A stretch of 56,914 bases of DNA from an uncultured Gammaproteobacteria bacterium (GCA_964566925.1 CAZMIZ010000006.1:1-56914); one strand, 5' to 3'. Positions 36,271 through 45,161 are shown, counted from the first letter of the stretch. Made by a program: numbers and translations. The notes: generated by a model not told the origin, from the letters alone.

Positions 36271-36918
36271 ATGTTTGCTAACCCAATTCTTTTAATTGTC
36301 GCCTTTCTTTTCTCTCTTTCTATTCATGAAGCCGCTCATGCTTACATGTCTGATCGACTTGGTGATCCAACCGCTCGGCTCTCCGGCCGAGTGACTCTTA
36401 ATCCCCTGGCCCACCTTGATCCAATCGGCACCCTTCTACCCTTATTCCTTCTTTTCAGTGGTTCGCCAATCATCTTTGGTTGGGGTAAACCGGTCCCTTT
36501 TGACCCTTTCAACCTAAGAAATCCAAGGCGTGATTCGGCCCTAATTTCTTTTGCCGGGCCTGCATCCAATCTTATTCTGGCTACCATTCTGGCTGTAGTG
36601 ATCCGTTTTGGTTACCTCTTTTTTGGCACCAGCGGCTTAATCTTTGAATCTTTTCTAGTTCCAGTAATCGCTTTAAACGTCATGTGGGCTCTTTTTAACC
36701 TGATTCCCCTTCATCCGCTTGATGGCGGTAAAGTTTTGATCGGCCTTTTGCCGCGCAATTGGGCCATTAAGTGGGACGAAATCTTAGGCCAATACGGCTT
36801 AATCATTCTGATCTTTCTTATCTTTCCCTTTTTCGGTGTTTCCGGTATTATCTTGATCCTCTCCCCATTAGTTAGTCTAATCTTAAATATTCTTCTTCCA
36901 GGCACACCCTTAGTCTAA
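36271..36918 (+). CDS. Site-2 protease (M50 family)
   Basis: HEAAH, NPLAHLDP, FAGPASN, FNLIPLHPLDGGK. Confidence 0.94.
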   Translation: MFANPILLIVAFLFSLSIHEAAHAYMSDRLGDPTARLSGRVTLNPLAHLDPIGTLLPLFLLFSGSPIIFGWGKPVPFDPFNLRNPRRDSALISFAGPASNLILATILAVVIRFGYLFFGTSGLIFESFLVPVIALNVMWALFNLIPLHPLDGGKVLIGLLPRNWAIKWDEILGQYGLIILIFLIFPFFGVSGIILILSPLVSLILNILLPGTPLV

Positions 36919-36948
36919 AATTGACCCCTTTTGTTATAGTTTAGCCTC

Positions 36949-36977
36949 TTGACTGTGAAAAGGATTTTTGCTATCCT
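36949..36977 (+). promoter_or_regulatory. sigma70-type promoter for 6S RNA
   Basis: TTGACT-17 nt-TATCCT with TG extension. Confidence 0.6.
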
Positions 36978-36985
36978 AAAACCAT

Positions 36986-37134
36986 CCTGCCGTGACGGGC
37001 TTGAGCCGTAAGAGATTTTTTCCTCTACAGATGCTCACGCCGGGAGCGCGACTTCCTAAGGTCCGTGGACTTTAGGAGAGTGCACCCACTTGTTCGTTCG
37101 GGGAAAACACCCTACGGTAACCTGGGCGGCAGGG
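36986..37134 (+). ncRNA. ssrS: 6S RNA
   Basis: Closing stem CCTGCCG/CGGCAGG, CCGTA/TACGG, central bubble, GGGAGC...GTGCACCCAC motif, terminal hairpin CCTAAGGTC..GACTTTAGG. Confidence 0.72.
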
Positions 37135-37167
37135 CTTTCTATCCTCAATTTTTACCATTCTCAATAA

Positions 37168-37197
37168 TTGCTAACTATCGCCAGAATTTAGTATAAT
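37168..37197 (+). promoter_or_regulatory. Promoter of the tRNA cluster
   Basis: TTGCTA-18 nt-TATAAT; AATTTAGTATAAT recurs before tRNA-Thr(GGU). Confidence 0.6.
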
Positions 37198-37210
37198 ATT
37201 GTTAGAACAC

Positions 37211-37396
37211 GCTGGTGTCGCTCAGTGGTAGAGCAACGGTTCTGCCTGGCCCGTTAATTGCCGAGGTAGTTCAGCGGCAGAACACTTGTTTTGTAAACAA
37301 GATGTCGTGGGTTCGACTCCCACCCTCGGCTCAAGATTCGGGCAATTTTACGGGCTAAACCGTCGGTCGTGAGTTCGATCCTCACCGCCAGCTCCA
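37211..37396 (+). tRNA. Interrupted tRNA-Thr-like gene: 5' half 37211-37244, 111-nt insert, 3' half 37356-37396 with encoded CCA
   Basis: Acceptor GCTGGTG/CGCCAGC, D-arm GCTC/GAGC, anticodon stem ACGGT/ACCGT, T-arm GTGAG-TTCGATC-CTCAC, U73, CCA; insert lies in the anticodon loop. Confidence 0.8.
37260..37331 (+). tRNA. tRNA-Thr(UGU), nested inside the interrupted tRNA
   Basis: GCCGAGG/CCTCGGC acceptor, CTTGT-TTTGTAA-ACAAG anticodon arm (TGT at 37292-37294), GTGGG-TTCGACT-CCCAC. Confidence 0.93.
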
Positions 37397-37479
37397 GCCA
37401 GGGTGGCAGAGTGGACAATTGCACCGGTCTGTAAAACCGGCGCCGCAAGGCTTCGGGGGTTCGAATCCCTCCCCTGGCA
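37397..37479 (+). tRNA. tRNA-Tyr(GUA)
   Basis: GCCAGGG/CCCTGGC, CCGGT-CTGTAAA-ACCGG, long variable arm. Confidence 0.95.
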
Positions 37480-37506
37480 CCGCGTTCAACGCGGACTATT
37501 AATTAA

Positions 37507-38433
37507 ATGAAATATCTTGCCCAGCTAGTTAAGCTTTTCCTTTTGAGTGCTCTTCTCTCCTCTCCCTTGATCAGCGCCTCATATCTTTTCCCGGCCCAGT
37601 CAGCATCAAATTCTGTTCCGATCACCCCAATTATTTTCCATTACCAGGAAAGAGAGCCGGTCCACCCATCAGAAAGCAAATTCGCCCTTTTGATAGCTCA
37701 AGAACCTCAACCAAAAGTTTTGGGTGCCCAAATTGAAAAAGAGATAGTCGAAGAAGAAAGTCTTCAATCCGAAGTTTCTGGTACTTACACCATTGCTGTT
37801 CTTGGCGATTCAATGGTGGATGTTTTACAGCCTGAGCTGCCCCAACTGGAAAATGCCTTGAAGAAATACTATCCCCTGGCCGAATTTAAACTCCTAAACT
37901 ATGGCGTCGGCGCCTCTGACCTTGAATACGGCTTAACCAGGCTGACTTCTGGTTACACTTACCTCGGCCACTCCTTTCCCTCTCTCCTTTCCCAAAATCC
38001 GGATATCATTGTCGTTGAATCATTTGCCTACAATCACTGGACCAATAACCAGACCGAGCTTGATCGCTATTGGTTAACTTTAGCTGATTTGACCAACATC
38101 ATTAAAAGCCAAACTAGAGCCAAAATTGTTCTGGCGGCCACCATTGCGCCGGATGTTAATACCCTTTGCGATGGCATTGAAGGCCTTCAATTGAACTCTG
38201 AACAAAAGCGGGAAAAGGCCGCTGCCATTAAGGCCTATTTACAAAATCTGATCAACTTCGCCTCTTCTCAAAATTATCCCCTGGCTGATGCCTATCATCC
38301 CAGCCTTGACAGTGAAGGCAATGGTAACCCTCTCTATATAAACGCCGGTGATCACCTTCACCCTTCAGGCCCAGGCGGTGAACTTTTTGCCCAAAAAGTG
38401 GCTGAAGCGATTTACAAAAACAGCCTTCTTTAA
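37507..38433 (+). CDS. Secreted SGNH/GDSL hydrolase
   Basis: Signal peptide; VLGDSM, NYGVGA, YN, DHLHP. Confidence 0.85.
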   Translation: MKYLAQLVKLFLLSALLSSPLISASYLFPAQSASNSVPITPIIFHYQEREPVHPSESKFALLIAQEPQPKVLGAQIEKEIVEEESLQSEVSGTYTIAVLGDSMVDVLQPELPQLENALKKYYPLAEFKLLNYGVGASDLEYGLTRLTSGYTYLGHSFPSLLSQNPDIIVVESFAYNHWTNNQTELDRYWLTLADLTNIIKSQTRAKIVLAATIAPDVNTLCDGIEGLQLNSEQKREKAAAIKAYLQNLINFASSQNYPLADAYHPSLDSEGNGNPLYINAGDHLHPSGPGGELFAQKVAEAIYKNSLL

Positions 38434-38479
38434 ACTGGTAATTTATTCCCAAAATTTAGTATAATAGTCACATCGTTTA

Positions 38480-38506
38480 CACTGAGCGAGCAAAGTGAGT
38501 CGAAGT
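38480..38506. repeat. REP-like element CACTGAGCG...AGTCGAAGT abutting the tRNA 5' end
   Basis: CACTGAGCGAGCAAAGTGAGTCGAAGT(G) resembles the CTGAGCG..GTCGAAG class of bacterial palindromic repeats. Confidence 0.5.
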
Positions 38507-38580
38507 GCTCCTGTAGTTAAGTGGTATAACAGCAACTTGGTAAGTTGCAATCTCGGGTTCGATTCCCGACGGGAGCTCCA
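38507..38580 (+). tRNA. tRNA-Thr(GGU) with encoded CCA
   Basis: GCTCCTG/CGGGAGC, GCAAC-TTGGTAA-GTTGC, TCGGG-TTCGATT-CCCGA. Confidence 0.95.
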
Positions 38581-38641
38581 TATAGGAATGCCTTCTCAAT
38601 TTCTCCAAATTTAGTCTGAAGTATTGGTATAATGTGAATAT

Positions 38642-39679
38642 ATGAACTCGTATTTTTCAATCTTCATTACCGGTTTTGATCGGGTTATAGAAAAAGCCTT
38701 AACTAATTCGATTAATGGTGTCCAGATTGAGTTATTGACTGATGGGCTGGTCATTTATAAAACCACAGCAGGTCTCAATAAAATTAGGGGCTTTAAGTTT
38801 CTAAACAATAGCTTCATTTTATTAAGAAAATTTGATCATCTATCCTCTAATCCAGTCAGGGACATAGTTAAAACTTTGATCAAAGACCGAAATCTTAGAA
38901 AGGCAATAAAAAACCATTTTTCAGGCAAAAAACTGAAATTCAGAATCCGAGCTTCGATAAAAAACCAATTTGTACTAATAGACAAAAACTTATTAAGAAG
39001 CTTAGAGGAAAGGATCGTAAAAGATGTCCCAAACCTGACAGTGGATCGAAGTCTTCCAGATATTGAAATTCTTATTTCTATAAGAAGTGAAGGGTTTGGA
39101 CTTGTTGGAATCCAGTTTAGCAAAAGACCAAATTATGAAAAAATTCTAGCCAAAGGAGAACTCTATCCTGAATTAGCATATATTCTCTGTTTGATTTCTG
39201 AGCCTGATAAAAAAGATGTGTTCTTTGATCCGTTTGCGGGGCACGGCGCCATCCCAGCTCAACGACTAAACTTTCCCTACAAACAAATAAGAGCAGGTGA
39301 AATAGACAGAGATTTACAAAAGGAGCTTAAGAATAAGTTTAGCGAAAAAGTAATTGTGGATCCAGTTAACGCACTCAGTTTAAGCACTGTTCCAGATGAT
39401 TCAATTGACAAGATTGTAACCGATCCTCCATGGGGCCTATATGATACTAATAAAGATATTCTAAAATTTTATAATTTAATGCTCAAGCGGTTTGTTCGTG
39501 TTATAAAACCCAACGGAATTATGGTAATTCTCACGGCACAAAAAGAGCTTTTTAAAGGGTTGATTAATCGTTACAAAAACCAGTTAAAACTCGAGGAAGA
39601 ATATAGCACTTTAGTTTCTGGTAAGAAGGCAGGGGTATACAAAATCAGAAAAATCAGCACTCAGTCATGTGGTTTTTGA
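38642..39679 (+). CDS. SAM-dependent RNA methyltransferase (THUMP + UPF0020/Trm11-like)
   Basis: FFDPFAGHG motif I, IVTDPPWG motif IV, N-terminal THUMP-like region. Confidence 0.75.
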   Translation: MNSYFSIFITGFDRVIEKALTNSINGVQIELLTDGLVIYKTTAGLNKIRGFKFLNNSFILLRKFDHLSSNPVRDIVKTLIKDRNLRKAIKNHFSGKKLKFRIRASIKNQFVLIDKNLLRSLEERIVKDVPNLTVDRSLPDIEILISIRSEGFGLVGIQFSKRPNYEKILAKGELYPELAYILCLISEPDKKDVFFDPFAGHGAIPAQRLNFPYKQIRAGEIDRDLQKELKNKFSEKVIVDPVNALSLSTVPDDSIDKIVTDPPWGLYDTNKDILKFYNLMLKRFVRVIKPNGIMVILTAQKELFKGLINRYKNQLKLEEEYSTLVSGKKAGVYKIRKISTQSCGF

Positions 39680-39758
39680 ATTCGTTCATTTGTAAAGTTA
39701 AGTCCTGGGAGATAAGTGGTGATCGGAGGATTATTTTTGCCTGAATACCATCCCTAAT

Positions 39759-40367
39759 TTATTTAGTGATTTTTAAGCTCACTTCTTCATTAGCCACTTC
39801 AAATATAAAGGTCACTGGATAATCAAACCCGTTTTTAACATAAAGGTTTTGGGTGGGACTTTGGGAACGAATTGAGGTTCCGTACTCGCGCGGCACCCCA
39901 GGTACAGGCGAAAAGTCATGGTTGGCTAAGGCGGTCACTTCTAAACCGGCTTCAGAGGCCACCCAGTTAATTAAAGTGGCCAAATGGCAAACACCATTAC
40001 CGCCCAATCCCCCAATCGCCCGATAGCCCTCTTCAATATAAAACTTAGAGTTCATCGTGATTTTGGGACCCTCAAATTCGGGCAAAACATTGGCATGGAA
40101 AGCAAAAACCTCACCCGGTTCCAAAGTAAAGCTTTCAGCGCCTAAATATTCAAGTGCCTTTAAGATATTGAAGGCAAAAACCTCATTAACAATCTCGACT
40201 TCATCACGAGTGGTTAAATCAAGCGCCTGCTCAGCCAAAACCTGCTCCTGATTACCTAAAACCCGAGCATATTCAGGAATTGGCGCCAATAAAGGCCCAG
40301 CCGCTTGAGAAACAGGGAAAATAGCGGTTGAAATTAAAGTAGCAAGACCGATGATTGTTTGTTTCAT
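39759..40367 (-). CDS. VanW-family secreted protein
   Basis: LEPGEVFAF, GGLGGNGVCHLAT, NLYVKN..DYPV. Confidence 0.75.
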   Translation of the reverse strand: MKQTIIGLATLISTAIFPVSQAAGPLLAPIPEYARVLGNQEQVLAEQALDLTTRDEVEIVNEVFAFNILKALEYLGAESFTLEPGEVFAFHANVLPEFEGPKITMNSKFYIEEGYRAIGGLGGNGVCHLATLINWVASEAGLEVTALANHDFSPVPGVPREYGTSIRSQSPTQNLYVKNGFDYPVTFIFEVANEEVSLKITK

Positions 40368-40374
40368 AAAACCT

Positions 40375-40398
40375 AAAAGCCTCTGCTCGCGCAGAGGC
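40375..40398 (-). terminator. Intrinsic terminator-like hairpin
   Basis: GCCTCTGC-4 nt-GCAGAGGC followed by TTTT on minus strand. Confidence 0.55.
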
Positions 40399-40441
40399 CA
40401 AATATAACTTAACAGGTATTATTATAACTTAAAACATCAAA

Positions 40442-41206
40442 TTATTCAAGTTCGTGGCCTTGAAAATAAGGAACTAAATGAGGGTCTTTGTGGTCGGGAA
40501 CAAAAACAAAAGCCAGTCGGAATTTATTGGCGGCCCTTTCCTTGGTGGCTGGAACAGTCATCGTTTTCGCACCCATAATAATCTCCCAATCCTCAAACTC
40601 ATCAAACGGAGTTCCTGTTTCCTTTTCGAGCCATTGATTAGCTGATTGCCTCTTTCCGTTTATATCCAAACCAAACTCTTCTTGAAAAAGTCGGTAAAAG
40701 GCCCTTTTTTGTTCATCATTCAACTGTTCCCACCAATCATGATCGTTGGCTACCAAAACCTCTAAGACTTCTTGAGTACTTGGCCCTTTAAGTTGAAGTC
40801 TATTTTTAAAATCCAGATAAACAGCCCCTCTTCTCTTATTACCCATTTCATCCCAAGCCGCACGAGTTTCTTCATCAAGATGGGGCTTTAGTGTCGGGAA
40901 AAATAACTCTTCCAGCTGTTCAAATCGCGGCGGCAAGGCTAGCTCCGCTAAAGACAACCTCACCATCTCGGACATCCCCAATCCCATTTCCAGAGTAACT
41001 ACTCCCAGAGGCAGGTCCATCACTTCGGCTAGGCTTTCGGTATTGCTGACAATCTCATCCATCCCAAAGCGAATTCTCCTAACAACCACCTCTTTATTTT
41101 TTAAAATCTCTTCTACCCCGAATTTTCCCACCCTTTCCTGCTGGCTGGCAAGAATTTCTTCTTCTCTAACTCCTAATCCTTCTCCGACTTCTGTTTCATC
41201 AGGCAT
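40442..41206 (-). CDS. Hypothetical acidic protein
   Basis: 254-aa ORF, no motif. Confidence 0.6.
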   Translation of the reverse strand: MPDETEVGEGLGVREEEILASQQERVGKFGVEEILKNKEVVVRRIRFGMDEIVSNTESLAEVMDLPLGVVTLEMGLGMSEMVRLSLAELALPPRFEQLEELFFPTLKPHLDEETRAAWDEMGNKRRGAVYLDFKNRLQLKGPSTQEVLEVLVANDHDWWEQLNDEQKRAFYRLFQEEFGLDINGKRQSANQWLEKETGTPFDEFEDWEIIMGAKTMTVPATKERAANKFRLAFVFVPDHKDPHLVPYFQGHELE

Positions 41207-41223
41207 CTTTTATTTAAATCAAA

Positions 41224-41934
41224 TCACTCTCGCACTTCGCCGAACTCAAAAAAAACGGTTTCACCAAACAAGGTCAGGCTCGCTACATTAATGGCTCCTT
41301 TAAGGCAATAAACCACTCCTCCCCAGCCTTGAAACCGCCGGCTCGAAGCAACAACTGGATCATTCCAGAGAAAAACCATCTTTCCTTTTCTTTTAGCTCG
41401 CAAACAAAGATCAAAATCGGTGTCAAAATTGATTTCTTTTCTGAAGCCACCAATCTTTTGATAAATATCCTTCCTAATCGAAAGATTAAACCCAGGCGAA
41501 AATTTAAAAAGCCAGCCACCAAAATTATAGACAAATTCCACTAGGAGGGCCAGGAAACTTCTTGGTTGATGAGCCACTCTGCCTCCCACTAAAACTACCC
41601 GGCCATCGTCTAAATAGGTCTGATAAATCTTTTTTAACCAATCTCTGGGGACAAGGGAGTCAGCGTCGGTGATGGCAATAATCTCTCCTTTAGCCTGGGA
41701 ACAACCCTTTCTTAAGGCAAAAACATAGCCTTGCTTTTCTTCAGAAACCACTTTTACTCTTGCTTTTTGGGCAATTTGGGCCGTTTTGTCAGTAGAATTG
41801 TTGTCGACGACAATAATCTCGTAATTACTTTTAGGAAAGGTCTGGGCTTTAAGGGCTTTGAGGCAGCTGCCAAGCCATTTTTCTTCATTATAAGCCGGCA
41901 CGACCACTGAAATTAGGAGTTTTCTTTTTTTCAA
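41224..41934 (-). CDS. Family 2 glycosyltransferase
   Basis: SVVVPAYNEE, VVDNNSTDKT, ITDADS, SSRRF. Confidence 0.93.
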   Translation of the reverse strand: MKKRKLLISVVVPAYNEEKWLGSCLKALKAQTFPKSNYEIIVVDNNSTDKTAQIAQKARVKVVSEEKQGYVFALRKGCSQAKGEIIAITDADSLVPRDWLKKIYQTYLDDGRVVLVGGRVAHQPRSFLALLVEFVYNFGGWLFKFSPGFNLSIRKDIYQKIGGFRKEINFDTDFDLCLRAKRKGKMVFLWNDPVVASSRRFQGWGGVVYCLKGAINVASLTLFGETVFFEFGEVRE

Positions 41935-43250
41935 CTTTGGAGAATTTCCTTAATTGCTTGAACCAGCTCCGGATAATTAAAATAGTCTAAAAGTTCATTT
42001 TCCCAGCCGGCATTGGTGGTGTTAATCAGGGGCTTCACTCCCCTATCTTGAATTGGCTGGCCGTCATCACCCAAAGTCAAACTATGAACTAGAAAAACCG
42101 AATATTTTTCACTGGAATCAATCTGTCTCTCCAGCGGGAAAACCTTCTCCACCGTCCCCCAGCCCTTGGTGGGTGTTCCCACTAAAACCCCAACGTTATA
42201 TTTCTTCAACGCCGCCGCCATGACCTCGGCTGAAGACTGGGTGCCCTCATTAACTAAAATTACCACCTTTTTATAGCGCACTAAACTCGGCAACCAACCG
42301 GTGGTCGTTTTAAAATCGGTCCGCTCACCTTGATGGAAAAATTGATAGGCATATTGATCGGCACCGATAAAAGGACCAAGAAAAGAAGGTAGGCCGTCAA
42401 TCGACCCGCCAATGTTATCCCGTAAATCTAAAATCAGGGTATCTAAACCGGCCTGATCGTCAACCTTTTCGGTCACTCTTTTAAGCTCATCAAAAGTGGT
42501 AGGCGAAAACTTTTTAATATGAAGCCAAAAAATGGTTGGCCGAACTAGCTTATAATCCATGGTGGGTTCCACTCCAGACTGATCATAGAGCTGGCGATTG
42601 GATTCGTCCCCAAGAACTTTGTAGGCCTGCTGGAGCTTCTCATATTCTTGTTCGGCTTCGGGTGAGGCTTCTTTCAGCGACTCCAACTGATTAGCTTTCT
42701 CTTCATAGGCCAAATTCAGTTCATCCTGGCTGGCATTTTTCTCTATGCCCAAAATATCGTATTGGTTGACTTCAGGGTTAATATTTTGAACTTGGTTACT
42801 TAGAGCTTTTTCGCTTTTTTTGGTGTAAAGACGGCTATGACCAAAGGGCTCCAGGTTTGCCAGGACAATATCTGCCAACTGGACTGAGAATTCTTTCTTT
42901 TTCTCTTCCTCCAACTCCTTGATAATTCCAGCCACCATCTTTTCCACTCCCTCTTTGTTATTGGTACTTAAAACCTGGGGGGCGCCGGTTAGTTTCTCTG
43001 CGCCCAACTGAAAAAGATGACTTAATTGTTCATCCGAGATCTTATCCCAATAATTTTCTTGAATCTTATCGTAGACCTCATCTAAAAAAGTAAGATAGGT
43101 GTCTCTAGGGATGAAGCGGAAAAGACTAATTCCTTCCTGTTTGGCGCGGAAAAAATAGCCTGAAGCCGAACCAACTCCAAAGATTAAAAGGAGAAGAAAA
43201 ATGACTAAAGCCTGGCGCCGGTGGCTTTTTAAAAATTGCTTCATGACCAT
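41931..43250 (-). CDS. S41-family peptidase with a J-domain-like insert in place of PDZ
   Basis: DLRDNIGG, VNEGTQSSAE, TKGWG; insert QYDILGIEKNASQDEL...QAYKVLGDESNRQLYDQ lacking HPD. Confidence 0.8.
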   Translation of the reverse strand: MVMKQFLKSHRRQALVIFLLLLIFGVGSASGYFFRAKQEGISLFRFIPRDTYLTFLDEVYDKIQENYWDKISDEQLSHLFQLGAEKLTGAPQVLSTNNKEGVEKMVAGIIKELEEEKKKEFSVQLADIVLANLEPFGHSRLYTKKSEKALSNQVQNINPEVNQYDILGIEKNASQDELNLAYEEKANQLESLKEASPEAEQEYEKLQQAYKVLGDESNRQLYDQSGVEPTMDYKLVRPTIFWLHIKKFSPTTFDELKRVTEKVDDQAGLDTLILDLRDNIGGSIDGLPSFLGPFIGADQYAYQFFHQGERTDFKTTTGWLPSLVRYKKVVILVNEGTQSSAEVMAAALKKYNVGVLVGTPTKGWGTVEKVFPLERQIDSSEKYSVFLVHSLTLGDDGQPIQDRGVKPLINTTNAGWENELLDYFNYPELVQAIKEILQS

Positions 43251-43331
43251 TAATATACCCTACTAGATTTTACCTGTAAACCCCACGAATAAATTTAATA
43301 AGGAGATAGTCAAGTCGTGTTTAAGAAGCAG

Positions 43332-43808
43332 CTAGCTAAAGTTCTGGGCAATCCAATCACCAACGAAATAGGTAATCACAATCACGATTAAGGCAATCAC
43401 CAAGTGTTCCAGGATGACTTTAAGAGGATCAGCGCCTCTTCTCCTGCCCAGCCAATAACTAAAAACCGAAAGCACCAAAAGTCCCCAAACAATCCCCACC
43501 AGAATGGCTGGCAAAAGTTCAAAAAGAAGAAACGGAATGATAAAGGTCAGGGCAAAAAGAAATTTGGAGAAGAAGGTGCTCAGGGTCGCTAGCCAAATTT
43601 GCTTACCGGTGTGTTTATCTTCTGTTTCCTCGGCAATATGAATTCCTAAAGCATCAGAAAAAGCATCGGCCACGGCCACAGTCAAAATCCCGCCAATAAC
43701 CACCATCTTGGAGTGGGTGCCCGAATTGAGGCCGACCATTAAACCTAGGGTGGTAATCACCCCAGAAGTTAAGCCAAAGCTAAATCCGGTCTTTAAGGAC
43801 CGCCTCAT
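43332..43808 (-). CDS. VIT1/CCC1-family membrane protein
   Basis: FSFGLTSGVITTLG, AVADAFSDALG. Confidence 0.85.
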   Translation of the reverse strand: MRRSLKTGFSFGLTSGVITTLGLMVGLNSGTHSKMVVIGGILTVAVADAFSDALGIHIAEETEDKHTGKQIWLATLSTFFSKFLFALTFIIPFLLFELLPAILVGIVWGLLVLSVFSYWLGRRRGADPLKVILEHLVIALIVIVITYFVGDWIAQNFS

Positions 43809-43871
43809 AATCCCATTCTATCATAAAAATAAAAAGGAAAATTGGGTAGAAGTTAAAGAAAAAAAGGGTTT

Positions 43872-44225
43872 TTAAATCTCTGGCTCCTCGTGGCCAAAGA
43901 TATCACCATATTTTTTATCCCATCTCGAATTCTTCCCAGGGTGGCCAGAAACTGATTTTCCCAGACTAGGCGAATCTTTACCAACCTTTATTCCACCTGC
44001 CAACTTCATTTCCTCATCTACCTTCCTCCTCGCTTCTTCTGATCCCGCCACCGTGACTACTACCCTTTTCCCAGGAATGATTTCTTCTCCAGGAATTATG
44101 GATCTCGCCATCTCGCCAGTCCCTATCGTCCGGCTTAAAAAATAACCACCTGTATCAAAAAGATCGGCTATGGGTTCACCCTCGGGGGTTCTTCTTAATC
44201 TGGCCATATTTGGTTTTTTTGACAC
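43872..44225 (-). CDS. Hypothetical protein (start moved to GTG 44225)
   Basis: AAGGAGG SD 4 nt before GTG. Confidence 0.55.
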   Translation of the reverse strand: MSKKPNMARLRRTPEGEPIADLFDTGGYFLSRTIGTGEMARSIIPGEEIIPGKRVVVTVAGSEEARRKVDEEMKLAGGIKVGKDSPSLGKSVSGHPGKNSRWDKKYGDIFGHEEPEI

Positions 44226-44247
44226 TTCGCCTCCTTTTAAAAAAAGT

Positions 44248-44742
44248 TTAAGTAGAATCTTCAGCAACCGAATACTCCCACAACGCCTCAACTAATCTTT
44301 CTGCCCTGTGAGTATCGTAAGGTTTCATCCTCTCTTCCCGGCCGACAAGTTTGCTAAAAGCTCGCCTAGCTCCTTGAAGGATTCTCATTGTCTCCTGCTC
44401 ATCAGTTCCCAGCGCCTCTCTACAACAATTCCAAAAGTCTAAACCAGGCAATCGTAAATCAGGTGATTCCTCCGTTTCTCCCAAAAGCCCTCTGGTAGTA
44501 ACGGCTGATTCACAAAGGGAAAACCAACCCAAGACTAAAATTCCAAGAGCCATCTCTACTTTGTCTGTGTCTAATGGTATTGAGGGAATTTGCCATGAAT
44601 TTCTCTCCCTCATAAGAGTAATAAACTCCCCTGTAAGCCTTAAGAAACGTTCATTCATAGGCTCAGGCAATCTTAAGGAAGCATCTACCTGTTCAGTGGT
44701 TGGTTCTCCCCTCTGATCGGGGCTTAAGTCAGGACTTCTCAT
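44248..44742 (-). CDS. Hypothetical protein
   Basis: 164-aa ORF with TTGACT-17-TATTTT promoter upstream. Confidence 0.55.
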   Translation of the reverse strand: MRSPDLSPDQRGEPTTEQVDASLRLPEPMNERFLRLTGEFITLMRERNSWQIPSIPLDTDKVEMALGILVLGWFSLCESAVTTRGLLGETEESPDLRLPGLDFWNCCREALGTDEQETMRILQGARRAFSKLVGREERMKPYDTHRAERLVEALWEYSVAEDST

Positions 44743-44847
44743 TTTTTAAAAAACAAAAACTGCTCTTTGGAGCAGCTTGCCAATAAAATAACAAATTGTT
44801 TCTCAAAAGTCAAGGCAAATTTAAAAGCAGGGAATTTCATCAAAACC

Positions 44848-45069
44848 CTAGCTTTCTCGATCGGTTGGAGCTTTACCCTGTGCCTTAGAAGATTGAGTTC
44901 GCAAATAATCAGCAGCTTCCTCTAGGAGATCAAAACATTCTTCTCCATTTACCTCAAGGGATTGTTTTTTAGCCTGCTCAAGCGCCTCGTCTAAGCTCAT
45001 CCCTTTTCGCATAAAACATTTCAAACCTGAAATGTAAGGCTCTCCAGGTTCCTTCATTTCTGAACTCAT
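44848..45069 (-). CDS. Small hypothetical protein
   Basis: 73 aa; TGG-TAGAAT 6 nt before ATG. Confidence 0.55.
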   Translation of the reverse strand: MSSEMKEPGEPYISGLKCFMRKGMSLDEALEQAKKQSLEVNGEECFDLLEEAADYLRTQSSKAQGKAPTDRES

Positions 45070-45161
45070 AGTGATATTCTACCAAAAACAAGACTAGATT
45101 GCACCTCAACAAACCGGGGAGGGAAGTTCCCCTTTGTGTAGTTGAAGATCGAAAGATTGCC

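Noticed and set aside
37241-37358. Self-splicing group I intron or archaeal bulge-helix-bulge intron in the outer tRNA
   Set aside because: Only 39 nt remain outside the inner tRNA, and the 4-bp central helix needed for a BHB (TCTG versus GGGC) does not pair.
37211-37396. Outer tRNA as Arg(UCU), Ser(GCU) or an amber suppressor via other junctions
   Set aside because: It lacks A20 for Arg and a long variable arm for Ser; the CUA reading needs a shifted, mismatched anticodon stem.
38642-39679. DNA methyltransferase of a restriction-modification system
   Set aside because: The THUMP-like N-terminus and lack of a neighbouring nuclease favour an RNA methyltransferase.
41931-43250. DnaJ co-chaperone
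   Set aside because: No HPD motif, and the segment is embedded in an exported S41 peptidase.
45105-45160. Possible ncRNA (GGGGA/TCCCC hairpin inside CAAC/GTTG, plus GATC-GAAA-GATT)
   Set aside because: The stems are short and match no RNA family I can name; compatible with a simple terminator-like structure.
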